A DNA stretch of 26,809 nucleotides from the IMG/VR virus record IMGVR_UViG_3300027991_000005, positions 1 through 26,809 of that record. One strand, given 5' to 3'. Every line of letters starts with the position of its first letter. The stretch's first letter is position 1. This stretch comes from a virus (taxonomy: Duplodnaviria > Caudoviricetes). Shown in pieces: positions 17,821-25,111 of the stretch. The notes under the pieces are model-generated. The model was not told where the DNA came from. It made no database searches and was given only the letters and a program-made list of their open reading frames with translations. The position numbers and the translations under genes were made by a program.

Positions 17821-18188
17821 AACCCGTCGCCCGGCGTTATATAAAGCGTCGCCGCCGTGCCGCCGGTGATCCCCGCAATGTACTGCTGCGCACAGCCCAA
17901 CACTTCAACCGTGCCCGGCGCAATCGGCAGGCTCGCGGTCGTCGCGACAGCCGTGACATCGCCGCAAACGATGAACACCGCCACCGTGCCGCTATTATAA
18001 AGACGCATAGCCTTGCTGTTCGGCCCCGTCTGCACCTGCACCCGCGAGGTCGTCCCGGTCGCCGCCAGGCTCACCGTCGCACCCCCCGCCAGAAAAGGAA
18101 CCTGCGCGCGTGCGCACATATATATAGATGACAAGATTAAAACGAGCGCGGCGGGCGCTAGAACACGCAAAGGTTGTGGCGATCTCAT
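17817..18188 (-). CDS. signal-peptide-bearing small beta-sandwich protein (123 aa)
   Basis: Start reassigned to ATG at 18188 (GAGG RBS); ...AALVLILSSIYMCARA|Q; mature part RLYNSG...PIAPGTVEV...LYITPGDG. Confidence 0.7.
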   Translation of the reverse strand: MRSPQPLRVLAPAALVLILSSIYMCARAQVPFLAGGATVSLAATGTTSRVQVQTGPNSKAMRLYNSGTVAVFIVCGDVTAVATTASLPIAPGTVEVLGCAQQYIAGITGGTAATLYITPGDGL

Positions 18189-18227
18189 GCCGGGCCTCAA
18201 AAAAAAATATTCGGGAGGGTGCGGCTG

Positions 18228-18285
18228 ACACGGATGCGGTGCGCCCCCAACACGGATGCGGTGCGCCCCCAACACGGATGCGGTG
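18228..18285. repeat. 22-bp tandem repeat, ~2.6 copies
   Basis: ACACGGATGCGGTGCGCCCCCA at 18228 and 18250, partial copy at 18272. Confidence 0.9.
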
Positions 18286-18286
18286 T

Positions 18287-18476
18287 GACCAGACGGCTAC
18301 AGCGCATGAAGCGAGAGACGAGATGGGGGGCCGTCAGCCAGCCGGATGGAACCATCGTCTTCGGGGGTGGCCCCAGGGGGCCTAGTCCAGGTGAGCCGCG
18401 CTGGCTGCTGATTGTCCGGGAGGTAGGCTCCTAACCAGACCAGACGGCTACAGCGCATGAAGCGAGAGACGAGATG
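18287..18476. repeat. 39-bp perfect direct repeat pair
   Basis: GACCAGACGGCTACAGCGCATGAAGCGAGAGACGAGATG at 18287-18325 and 18438-18476. Confidence 0.9.
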
Positions 18477-18705
18477 TCTCGTTAGGATCTAGACCCGCGC
18501 CGCACTGCGTCTCTTAACCATCGTTTCGACCCTGATGAGACGCAAATAACGTCTCATCGTCTCGTATGTCTGGGGTTCACCCAAGCGAGACTGGGGCGAG
18601 TTCTAGCTGCAAAACAAACAGCGCGTGATCGGTGCGTGAGAAAGCCAGACAACCCCTCAGTTTCCGGCTTTGGCAACAAACCCAAGCTAGAACTCGCCCC
18701 AGAGG

Positions 18706-19233
18706 TTACTCGGTTTCCGGCTTTGGCAAACGACGCGTGATCGGTGCGACCGGAATCAACTCGATGCGCGTCACGATCGGCGCGTCGGGGTTGCCGACTA
18801 GCTCTTGAGTGACTTTGTCGCCGTACTGTTTCGGCAGCAGCTTGGAAAGCATCCACTTGCGGCTGTCGACCTGTAGCCGCTGTTTCTGAACTAAAGCATT
18901 GTCCGCTTCACCATTAAGACCAATACACGACGCATCACTAATGGCGATTACTTCATCCGCCAAGCGTTCAAGGCCGATAGCTTTCGCGCGCGCGTATCTT
19001 TCCGCAAACGGTGTCGCGCCATTTCTAACCGGTTCTCTCTCAATAGCCCACGATCGCACTGTACTCGCAGGTGGCAGATGCACCTCGCGACAGATATCTT
19101 CGAGCCGTTCGCCGGCAGCCAGCCTGTCGAGTATTTCCCCGGCTATTTCTTCCGAGAACGTCCACTGCCGGCCGCGACTGCGTTTGGGTGGCGGGTCGAT
19201 CGCGTCGGCGATACGACGAAGTTCACGCTGCAA
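18706..19233 (-). CDS. terS: terminase small subunit (Sf6-like)
   Basis: EILDRLAAGERLEDIC...PPASTVRSW HTH, YARAK, ADEVIAISD, RLQVDSRKWMLSKLLPKQYGDK; TTG start uncertain. Confidence 0.9.
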   Translation of the reverse strand: MQRELRRIADAIDPPPKRSRGRQWTFSEEIAGEILDRLAAGERLEDICREVHLPPASTVRSWAIEREPVRNGATPFAERYARAKAIGLERLADEVIAISDASCIGLNGEADNALVQKQRLQVDSRKWMLSKLLPKQYGDKVTQELVGNPDAPIVTRIELIPVAPITRRLPKPETE

Positions 19234-19345
19234 GGTCAGCGTCCCGCTCCCCCTCGCCCGCGCGCGCGAGCGCGCACAATTCCTTTAGCAGCGCGATAAT
19301 GGCATCGAGCTTGGCGAGCATGGCCTCGACGTCACCGTCGCGCAT
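19223..19345 (-). CDS. small hypothetical protein (40 aa)
   Basis: Hand translation MRDGDVEAMLAKLDAIIALLKELCALARAGEGERDADLAA*; overlaps the terS start. Confidence 0.45.
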   Translation of the reverse strand: MRDGDVEAMLAKLDAIIALLKELCALARAGEGERDADLAA

Positions 19346-19388
19346 CAGGGCGCCCGCACATAAATCGACATAGCGTAGCTTTTTACCC

Positions 19389-19417
19389 TTGCAACTCGAC
19401 GTGGCGTCAACTATCTT
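19389..19417 (+). promoter_or_regulatory. sigma70-type promoter with an inverted repeat in the spacer
   Basis: TTGCAA-17 bp-TATCTT; spacer contains GACG-TGG-CGTC; lies upstream of the plus-strand gene pair. Confidence 0.65.
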
Positions 19418-19461
19418 CTGTCTTGTCAGACAGACACACCCCGAACCCGGAGCACATCAAA

Positions 19462-19773
19462 ATGACCACGTACACACTCGTCATTGCAACATCACCCGGC
19501 ACAACCCTGCTGATCGGCTCCCCGGTAGACGGCGACCAGGCCGGCGTTAACCAGGCGATCGCCGGGCACCGCGAGATGGAACGCGAAGATCACATGGGCT
19601 ACGACGATGACGACGAGCATCGCGACACCGCAGGCGCCGATATTGAATTGATCCCCGGCTGCACCCTGACCGATGACGAGCCGGAAGACGAAGACCGCAT
19701 CGTGTGGCAGGGCCACGAGTACGGCTGGCTGATCGACGAAGACGGCAACCCCTACAAATACGCAATTCGATGA
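19462..19773 (+). CDS. acidic hypothetical protein (103 aa)
   Basis: ATG at 19462 with GGAG RBS; very Asp/Glu-rich. Confidence 0.75.
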   Translation: MTTYTLVIATSPGTTLLIGSPVDGDQAGVNQAIAGHREMEREDHMGYDDDDEHRDTAGADIELIPGCTLTDDEPEDEDRIVWQGHEYGWLIDEDGNPYKYAIR

Positions 19774-19958
19774 CCGGCCCCGAACTCCGCACCGCCCTCA
19801 AATCCCTCAGCCTCCGTCAGACTACACTGGCGGAGGTTTTGGGCGTGTCGCCGAACACCGTTCACCGCTGGGTGAAAGGCGATATGGCAGTGCCACGATA
19901 CGCGAGCGCATATGTGGCGCTGCTGCAACTGTTAGCTACCCGCAATCCCGGTGAATAA
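19770..19958 (+). CDS. XRE/Cro-type HTH protein (62 aa)
   Basis: ATGA-coupled start; MTGPELRTALKSLSLRQTTLAEVLGVSPNTVHRWVKG. Confidence 0.85.
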   Translation: MTGPELRTALKSLSLRQTTLAEVLGVSPNTVHRWVKGDMAVPRYASAYVALLQLLATRNPGE

Positions 19959-20205
19959 ACACATCCGGAACTACCGGATCTGGTGTCGGACCGCACCAGC
20001 AATCCGGTGAAGAAATGTGTTCCCGACCGTGCAAATCGTCACCTTGCGCGGAGCTCTCGTGCGCCAGCGCGAGCACCGCAGCATTGATGTCCGCGACATA
20101 GCCCTCGCAACAATAGCCGAACCCGACCCCGCCGCAGGCTGGGCACGGCTGGGGCGGCTTGGCATCCGCCAGATACCCGGTGCCGTGGCAAGCCTCGCAG
20201 ATCAT
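19936..20205 (-). CDS. Cys/His-rich zinc-finger protein (DnaJ-type CxxCxGxG repeats)
   Basis: CEACHGTG, CPACGGVG, CCEG, plus HISSPDCWCGP. Confidence 0.7.
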   Translation of the reverse strand: MICEACHGTGYLADAKPPQPCPACGGVGFGYCCEGYVADINAAVLALAHESSAQGDDLHGREHISSPDCWCGPTPDPVVPDVFIHRDCG

Positions 20206-20243
20206 ATTCCCGCCTTTGCCCTCAAAATCCCCTAGGAAGCAGA

Positions 20244-20492
20244 ATGTCCACCAATTACAACGCCAATCGGCGCAGTCAACGCGAACGCCGGGCGGTCCTT
20301 GAAACTTTGCGCAAACAGCTTGGCGACAAGCTATTTGCCGATTTCATGATCGACCGCTACGCCGAAAGTGGCCCTACAATCTCAGTCGCGGACCTTCCTT
20401 GCCTCGTCGGGGTATGGCTCATAAATCGCCCTGGAAGCCCGCCAGATGGGGTAAAGGTTTTGACGGGCAAAACCACCAGCGAAACGCTTTAG
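20244..20492 (+). CDS. hypothetical protein
   Basis: 82-aa ORF with AGGA upstream; no competing minus-strand gene. Confidence 0.5.
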   Translation: MSTNYNANRRSQRERRAVLETLRKQLGDKLFADFMIDRYAESGPTISVADLPCLVGVWLINRPGSPPDGVKVLTGKTTSETL

Positions 20493-20634
20493 CCCCACTG
20501 GCGGCCACGACATGCGATTTCTGAGGCCATCCTTGCTCGGTAGACGGGTCGGGCTTGAGGGATGGGCTGATAACGGGGGATCATCGAACCCGCCCCACCC
20601 GCCGCCGGCATGGTCGCAACATGCACCTAACCCC

Positions 20635-21150
20635 CTATCTGGTGGGTACCTGGCGTGTCAAGCCGAAATGTAGCGCCAGCACTGGCAATGTGGCCATCAG
20701 CACGCCCTTGGCGGCTCCGCCCCGGCCACCGATCCAGTTTTGCCGCTGAGCCCAGGCGGACAGGCTTTCGTCCCGCCCCAGGACATCCCAGGCGAGACTG
20801 CCCATCGGACTGCCGAGACCACCGAGCGCATCGAGCGCCAGGCCGAGCTGCCGCCGGGCGCGTTCGCTGCCGCTGCCATCGCGAAGCTGCCCGCCGCTGC
20901 GCACCCGCAACAGGTCGGCTGCCTGCAATGTCGGCACGGCGGCTCTGCGGGCGATCTCGCCGAACTGCAGGCCGGCGGCATGCTCGCTGGGGCCGATCTC
21001 GCGGCGGGCCAGCAGATTGTCCAGGACGCTGCGGCAGTGCCAGGGGTGACCGATCGCGCCGGAGCTGTCGGCGATAACCGGGCTGCGGGCGATGTTGCCG
21101 TGCTGCCAGCGCTCCGGGGTGGGTGCGAGGTTGGCGCTAATCCGGTTCAC
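20635..21150 (-). CDS. DUF6456-like late transcription regulator (GafA C-terminal/GafZ-like, Q-analogous position)
   Basis: LDNLLARREI...AAGLQF...ALDALGG...WDVLG...LSAW...AAKGVL...LALHFG; lies between replication and packaging modules. Confidence 0.7.
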   Translation of the reverse strand: MNRISANLAPTPERWQHGNIARSPVIADSSGAIGHPWHCRSVLDNLLARREIGPSEHAAGLQFGEIARRAAVPTLQAADLLRVRSGGQLRDGSGSERARRQLGLALDALGGLGSPMGSLAWDVLGRDESLSAWAQRQNWIGGRGGAAKGVLMATLPVLALHFGLTRQVPTR

Positions 21151-21181
21151 TCTCGTCCTCGGGTCTTGATAAAACGTGACA

Positions 21182-21406
21182 TCACCATATCCCTACGCCG
21201 GTTTCTGTCTTGACATAAAAGTTCTTATCCCCCCGGGGGCACTCCTCGCGCAACATGACCGCACCGCGCTTCACGGAAGCCTCCTCGGTGCCGAACACCT
21301 CGACCGAGTGCCCGCAGCGGCTGCCGGTCACGATCAATCCAGGGACACAGACGCCGTAATCACCGTCCAACTCCTCCTCTTCGATTGTAAACAATACGCG
21401 TGACAT
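21182..21406 (-). CDS. hypothetical phage protein
   Basis: 74 aa; GAGGAGG RBS; SRCGH and EECP motifs. Confidence 0.75.
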   Translation of the reverse strand: MSRVLFTIEEEELDGDYGVCVPGLIVTGSRCGHSVEVFGTEEASVKRGAVMLREECPRGDKNFYVKTETGVGIW

Positions 21407-21427
21407 CTTGTGGTGCCTCCTCTGGGA

Positions 21428-21600
21428 CCTAGAACGAAACTAAGAGCAGGACTAGAGCGCACTAGAACTGACTAGAACTGACTAGTTCAGTGTTACAAAG
21501 CGTCGATAATGGTCGATACATATACAAGGGGGGGTTTTTATCCCTTTTTATATCTATCTATATACCCCCCCCTGCGTATCGCTTTCATCGACAAATTTTC
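21428..21600. other. candidate replication origin (iteron-like repeats plus AT-rich tract)
   Basis: ~10-bp periodic ACTAGAACTG-like repeats, TATA-rich stretch with G8 and C8 runs, directly downstream of the primase-helicase. Confidence 0.45.
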
Positions 21601-23996
21601 TATCGATAGCGCCCGAGCTGGTTCATCGCTTGTTTCACCGCGGCAACGCGGGCGGTCTCTTCGGCTAGTCGCTCCGGAAAAATCTGCTGGAGCCTCGGGT
21701 TCACAAACCATACACGATTTGTGTTGGGATACGGCTCGGCCGGTTTGGCCCAGCCACCGTTGACGAGCGGCTCCATCGCGATGTTGAGTTCCTTGGTGGT
21801 CATGTTGCGGCAGACGGCGACATTCCGCATCAGATCGCGAGCGCTGACTTGGCGCGGCAACAACCGCAACAGATAACTTCCGATCGCCTGGGTGCTCGCG
21901 CGTTTTTCCGCTTGCATATACAGCTGCGCGCTGTGCGCCATCTCGTAGTTCACGAACTTCTTGGCGCGACGGACGGTATCCGGACCAATTACGTCCTGAG
22001 CCGGCGTCTCCAGAAGATGCAGGATCAACGCAACACGGGCGTGCAGCCCGTGCATTTTGTGCGCTTCTGCGGCAAAAGCCTGTCCCAAGTCGGTGGTTCT
22101 GGCGAGCGTGCGGCCCTCGGCTTGCGTCTGCCGTATTAACGCCTCACCTTCCGATGACAACGTGTATTCATCAAAAGGACTTACCAACAGTAGACGCTCT
22201 ATCGCCGCATCAAGCGTCGGTATTCCAGTATAAGTCACGCCCGTTACGACCCCTGTCTCGGGACCGTTTTTGAGCTTTATCTTGATAAATCGCTGCATCA
22301 ACCCATCCCCTGTAATTTTGAGGTGATCCAACACTCGAAACAAATGAGTGCCCCCGCCGATCATTAGCCCGGTATTATCCAGGTGAAGCGCACCGCGCTT
22401 TACCCGGATCAGCGTGAAGGGCTTGGCTTCATAGCTTTCCAGATAGAAAGCCCGAGACGACTGCCCGCCTCCGGGGGTTTGTGCGTACCGGTCGAAATCC
22501 AGAACCACCGACAACTCGTCCCGCACATAAGCCAGCCCCCGCGGCGTATGGCTAAGCGCGATCTGCACACTCTCTACCGTGACATCGTTCACCAGCACCG
22601 GCCGGATCTGCGGCGGCAGGTTCTGCTGCCGATACGCGGCCGGCTGCGCCCGATACTGGGTTTGCGCCGTCTTCCACTGCGCCATCGCCGCGTTATGGGC
22701 CTTCTGCACCGGCTCCATCGCGGTCTCCCAGATCGGCGACTTCATGCTGCCGCTGTCGCCGATCAGCATCACCCAGATGATCGGTGGCGTGGTCCATTTG
22801 GCGCCATTGTACGGGCGCAGCCGGAGCCGCTTGTCTGCCGCGGCGGATACGGCTGCCAGGACTGCCGTCGCAAGCCCACCGTGATCGAACTCGTTTTGCC
22901 GGGCGCAGGCGGCAATCTCGCTCTCGACCTGGTCTTTGAAAACACCCCCAGGCCAACTCGGCGGTATCGGCTCGTCCCATAAGTCGAGAGCCTCGCTAGG
23001 GACTGCCGCGATAAGCGGGGCTATTCCCGGGCCGATGCGCTCGACATCGTCGAACTCCAGCCGGGCCAGGCTCTCCAGGCCGCCGCTGTCCTCCCGGATC
23101 GAGGCATCGGCCCAGGCCCGGACATCCGCCATACTTCGGTCTTCGCAGTGCCCGTGATGACATTTGAAGCGCTCCTTGACCGGGACGTAGCTGGCGGCCG
23201 ACCGGGGATCGGTGTGTTCACCGGCCCACGGGCAGATCACCTCGAAGCCCCACCCAAACGGCATACTCCGGCCGTGGTCGAGGACCATGCCGCGGTCCCG
23301 AAACACCTTCAGGACCAGGTCCGCCTCGATCTCGGCCGGGTCGGGCATCCCGGTGAGCAAGCTCACCCTCGGAAGGGTCGGTGTGATCGTGCCCAGGCGC
23401 TTCTCGATCGCCGGCCAGTCCAGGCGATCGATGCGGGTGTCGGGCTTCCAGTACACCAGCTTGACCGGGAACCCGGCTGCGCCGTTCTTTGCTTTACCGT
23501 TGGTCCCAACCGGTAATCTTACCAGGGTAGTCGGCTTGACCAGGTTGTCCCCGGTGCGCCCCAGCGCCTCGTACAAGGCCCGCAGCATGCCGGTGACCCA
23601 GGCGTGGTCGGTGAGTGGCTCGATAAACCAGCCCGCGTGGAAGTTTTGTCGTGAAGTCTCGATGATGTAGCTCGGAGGCCCCAGGATGGTCCGGGCTCGG
23701 TCGGCCACCACCTTGACCCCGTAATCATCCAGGACGATCGCGTAGAGCGCGCCGAAATCCTGCCCCTGACGGCTGCCGCCCGGGACCGGCAGGCTGACAT
23801 CCCAGTAATTGTTCATACTAGGCGTCATCACCCGCAGGACATCGGCCGCGGGGTAGACCCGCCAGTCGGCAGACTTTTCCGGGTCGCCCAGGAAATACGC
23901 CACCAGGGCTTCGCCCCAGCGGTCGCCAAAGACCGCCTGCAAGAACTGCTCGTTGGATACCGGAAAAGGCACAACTCGGGTGTCGACGGCGGACAT
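21600..23996 (-). CDS. RepB-type primase / Zn-finger / DUF3987-like helicase fusion (798 aa)
   Basis: Start reassigned to ATG at 23996 (GAGAGGA RBS); IVLDD, PSYIIETS..NFH, RLPVGTNGK primase motifs; CPW...H...CHHGHC; Walker A GDSGSMKS, Walker B YVRDEL, GLMQRF. Confidence 0.85.
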   Translation of the reverse strand: MSAVDTRVVPFPVSNEQFLQAVFGDRWGEALVAYFLGDPEKSADWRVYPAADVLRVMTPSMNNYWDVSLPVPGGSRQGQDFGALYAIVLDDYGVKVVADRARTILGPPSYIIETSRQNFHAGWFIEPLTDHAWVTGMLRALYEALGRTGDNLVKPTTLVRLPVGTNGKAKNGAAGFPVKLVYWKPDTRIDRLDWPAIEKRLGTITPTLPRVSLLTGMPDPAEIEADLVLKVFRDRGMVLDHGRSMPFGWGFEVICPWAGEHTDPRSAASYVPVKERFKCHHGHCEDRSMADVRAWADASIREDSGGLESLARLEFDDVERIGPGIAPLIAAVPSEALDLWDEPIPPSWPGGVFKDQVESEIAACARQNEFDHGGLATAVLAAVSAAADKRLRLRPYNGAKWTTPPIIWVMLIGDSGSMKSPIWETAMEPVQKAHNAAMAQWKTAQTQYRAQPAAYRQQNLPPQIRPVLVNDVTVESVQIALSHTPRGLAYVRDELSVVLDFDRYAQTPGGGQSSRAFYLESYEAKPFTLIRVKRGALHLDNTGLMIGGGTHLFRVLDHLKITGDGLMQRFIKIKLKNGPETGVVTGVTYTGIPTLDAAIERLLLVSPFDEYTLSSEGEALIRQTQAEGRTLARTTDLGQAFAAEAHKMHGLHARVALILHLLETPAQDVIGPDTVRRAKKFVNYEMAHSAQLYMQAEKRASTQAIGSYLLRLLPRQVSARDLMRNVAVCRNMTTKELNIAMEPLVNGGWAKPAEPYPNTNRVWFVNPRLQQIFPERLAEETARVAAVKQAMNQLGRYR

Positions 23997-24246
23997 GGGG
24001 CCGCATCCTCTCAGCATCGGTGGGATGTGTGGGGTCGTCGTGTAGGCAGGGACCGTGCGGGTGTACGCACTTGCCGCATACACAGCCTGCGCCCGCGCAC
24101 CAGCGCCTGGCAATGGGTTTTCGCCCCAATCTTGCCAAAAAACCCGAGGCGCGCTATATCGGGCGCGGCAACTTAGGTTATCCTCTCGGCCGGGAGTGGT
24201 GTCCCGCGTCTGGGTTGTGTGTGGGGCTTGGTGATGTCGTGTCGCC

Positions 24247-24291
24247 AAACAAAAAGAGGGCGGCGATCCCCCTGTCGGGATCGCCGCCCTC
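24247..24291 (-). terminator. rho-independent terminator
   Basis: Perfect 15-bp stem GAGGGCGGCGATCCC/GGGATCGCCGCCCTC with a 6-nt loop, followed by a T-rich tail on the minus strand. Confidence 0.85.
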
Positions 24292-24306
24292 GCCGCGTTT
24301 GGAAGG

Positions 24307-24606
24307 TCAATCCAGGAGACAGACTTCGAAGCTGCCATCCGGTTGGGTGATTGAGGCGTAGCCGTACTTGTAGACCCGGACGATCTCGCGCCGCAGGTCG
24401 AACAGGGCGAGCGGCAGCATGGGTGGGTCGCCAGGGTAGAGCAGCGCACCGTCCGTCCGCATTGAGAAGCCCGGTTGCGGGCGCCAGCCGCTGATGTAAT
24501 GCGCGTCGATCTGCTCGGCGGCGCTGCGCGGGTCGGTCTCAGACAGGAAAGACGGGATCAGCCCAAGGACCGCGGGCGTCCCGTTATTCAGCAGAAACCA
24601 AATCAT
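24307..24606 (-). CDS. conserved hypothetical phage protein (99 aa)
   Basis: ATG at 24606 with GAGGAGG RBS; LGLIPSFL..DPR, YPGDPP, QPDGSFEV motifs. Confidence 0.8.
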   Translation of the reverse strand: MIWFLLNNGTPAVLGLIPSFLSETDPRSAAEQIDAHYISGWRPQPGFSMRTDGALLYPGDPPMLPLALFDLRREIVRVYKYGYASITQPDGSFEVCLLD

Positions 24607-24630
24607 GACCTCCTCGCGACCAAGCCTCAC

Positions 24631-24810
24631 TCAAGGAGGGAACCACACACGCAATATACCGGACAAACAGCCTTGGTATTGGTCCGGCAGTATACCACAC
24701 AACTCCCGGGCGTTGTTGAAGACCGCTACTGCCCCCGACTTCAGGGGCAGCAGCTGGATCACATCGTCACTGTAGAGGCGGGAAAGCGCCTCTTGTTCGT
24801 CGGGGGTCAT
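24631..24810 (-). CDS. small hypothetical protein (59 aa)
   Basis: Hand translation MTPDEQEALSRLYSDDVIQLLPLKSGAVAVFNNARELCGILPDQYQGCLSGILRVWFPP*; AGGAG RBS. Confidence 0.7.
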   Translation of the reverse strand: MTPDEQEALSRLYSDDVIQLLPLKSGAVAVFNNARELCGILPDQYQGCLSGILRVWFPP

Positions 24811-24867
24811 TTGATCTCCTCACGTGAGGCGGCCCCTGTCGGGACCGCCGCCCTCGCCGCGTCGGGC

Positions 24868-24906
24868 CTAGGGGGCTAGGCGGGGGGCTAGGCGGGGGGC
24901 TAGGCG
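24868..24906. repeat. 12-bp tandem repeat (GGGGGGCTAGGC), ~3 copies
   Basis: Directly visible just past the stop codon of the SciP-like gene. Confidence 0.85.
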
Positions 24907-24907
24907 T

Positions 24908-25111
24908 TTAACAGCCCGGCGCAGATGGTCGGGTCCGCCGACGCGACCGTGCAGATTTTCGCCACTCAAGAAGTTCTGCCGTGGACGTGTGGTAGCGACG
25001 GCACGCTTCTTCGATGCTGATGTCTCTGCAGTCGATGGCCAAGAGGACTTCCGTTTTTCGTTTCTGCGTCCAGCGTTTGATGTCGGCCGGTGGGGTGGGT
25101 CTTTGGATCAT
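24908..25111 (-). CDS. SciP/DUF1153-like HTH protein
   Basis: PPADIKRWTQKRKTEVLLAI...SIEEACRRY...ELLEW matches the recalled SciP core (PP..T.RWV.RRKAEVV.AV...S.EEAC.RY....EF..W); ATGA-coupled to the integrase. Confidence 0.75.
   Translation of the reverse strand: MIQRPTPPADIKRWTQKRKTEVLLAIDCRDISIEEACRRYHTSTAELLEWRKSARSRRRTRPSAPGC

Noticed and set aside
18189-18275. Upstream extension of the 17817 ORF
   Set aside because: Runs through the tandem repeat and homopolymer tract; ATG at 18188 has an RBS and exposes the signal peptide
18228-18476. Possible CRISPR mini-array
   Set aside because: The 22-bp repeats have no spacers; the 39-bp pair has a 112-bp spacer and only two copies; no cas genes
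18514-18521. TTAACCAT, a CtrA half-site-like word
   Set aside because: Single occurrence and no full TTAA-N7-TTAA site noticed; too weak to call
18500-18570. CTGATGA followed by a stem-loop, resembling a hammerhead ribozyme core
   Set aside because: No GAAA follows the stem on the same strand; it is simply an inverted repeat
23997-24449. 151-aa N-terminal extension of the primase ORF
   Set aside because: Crosses a strong terminator and another gene; better RBS and ATG at 23996
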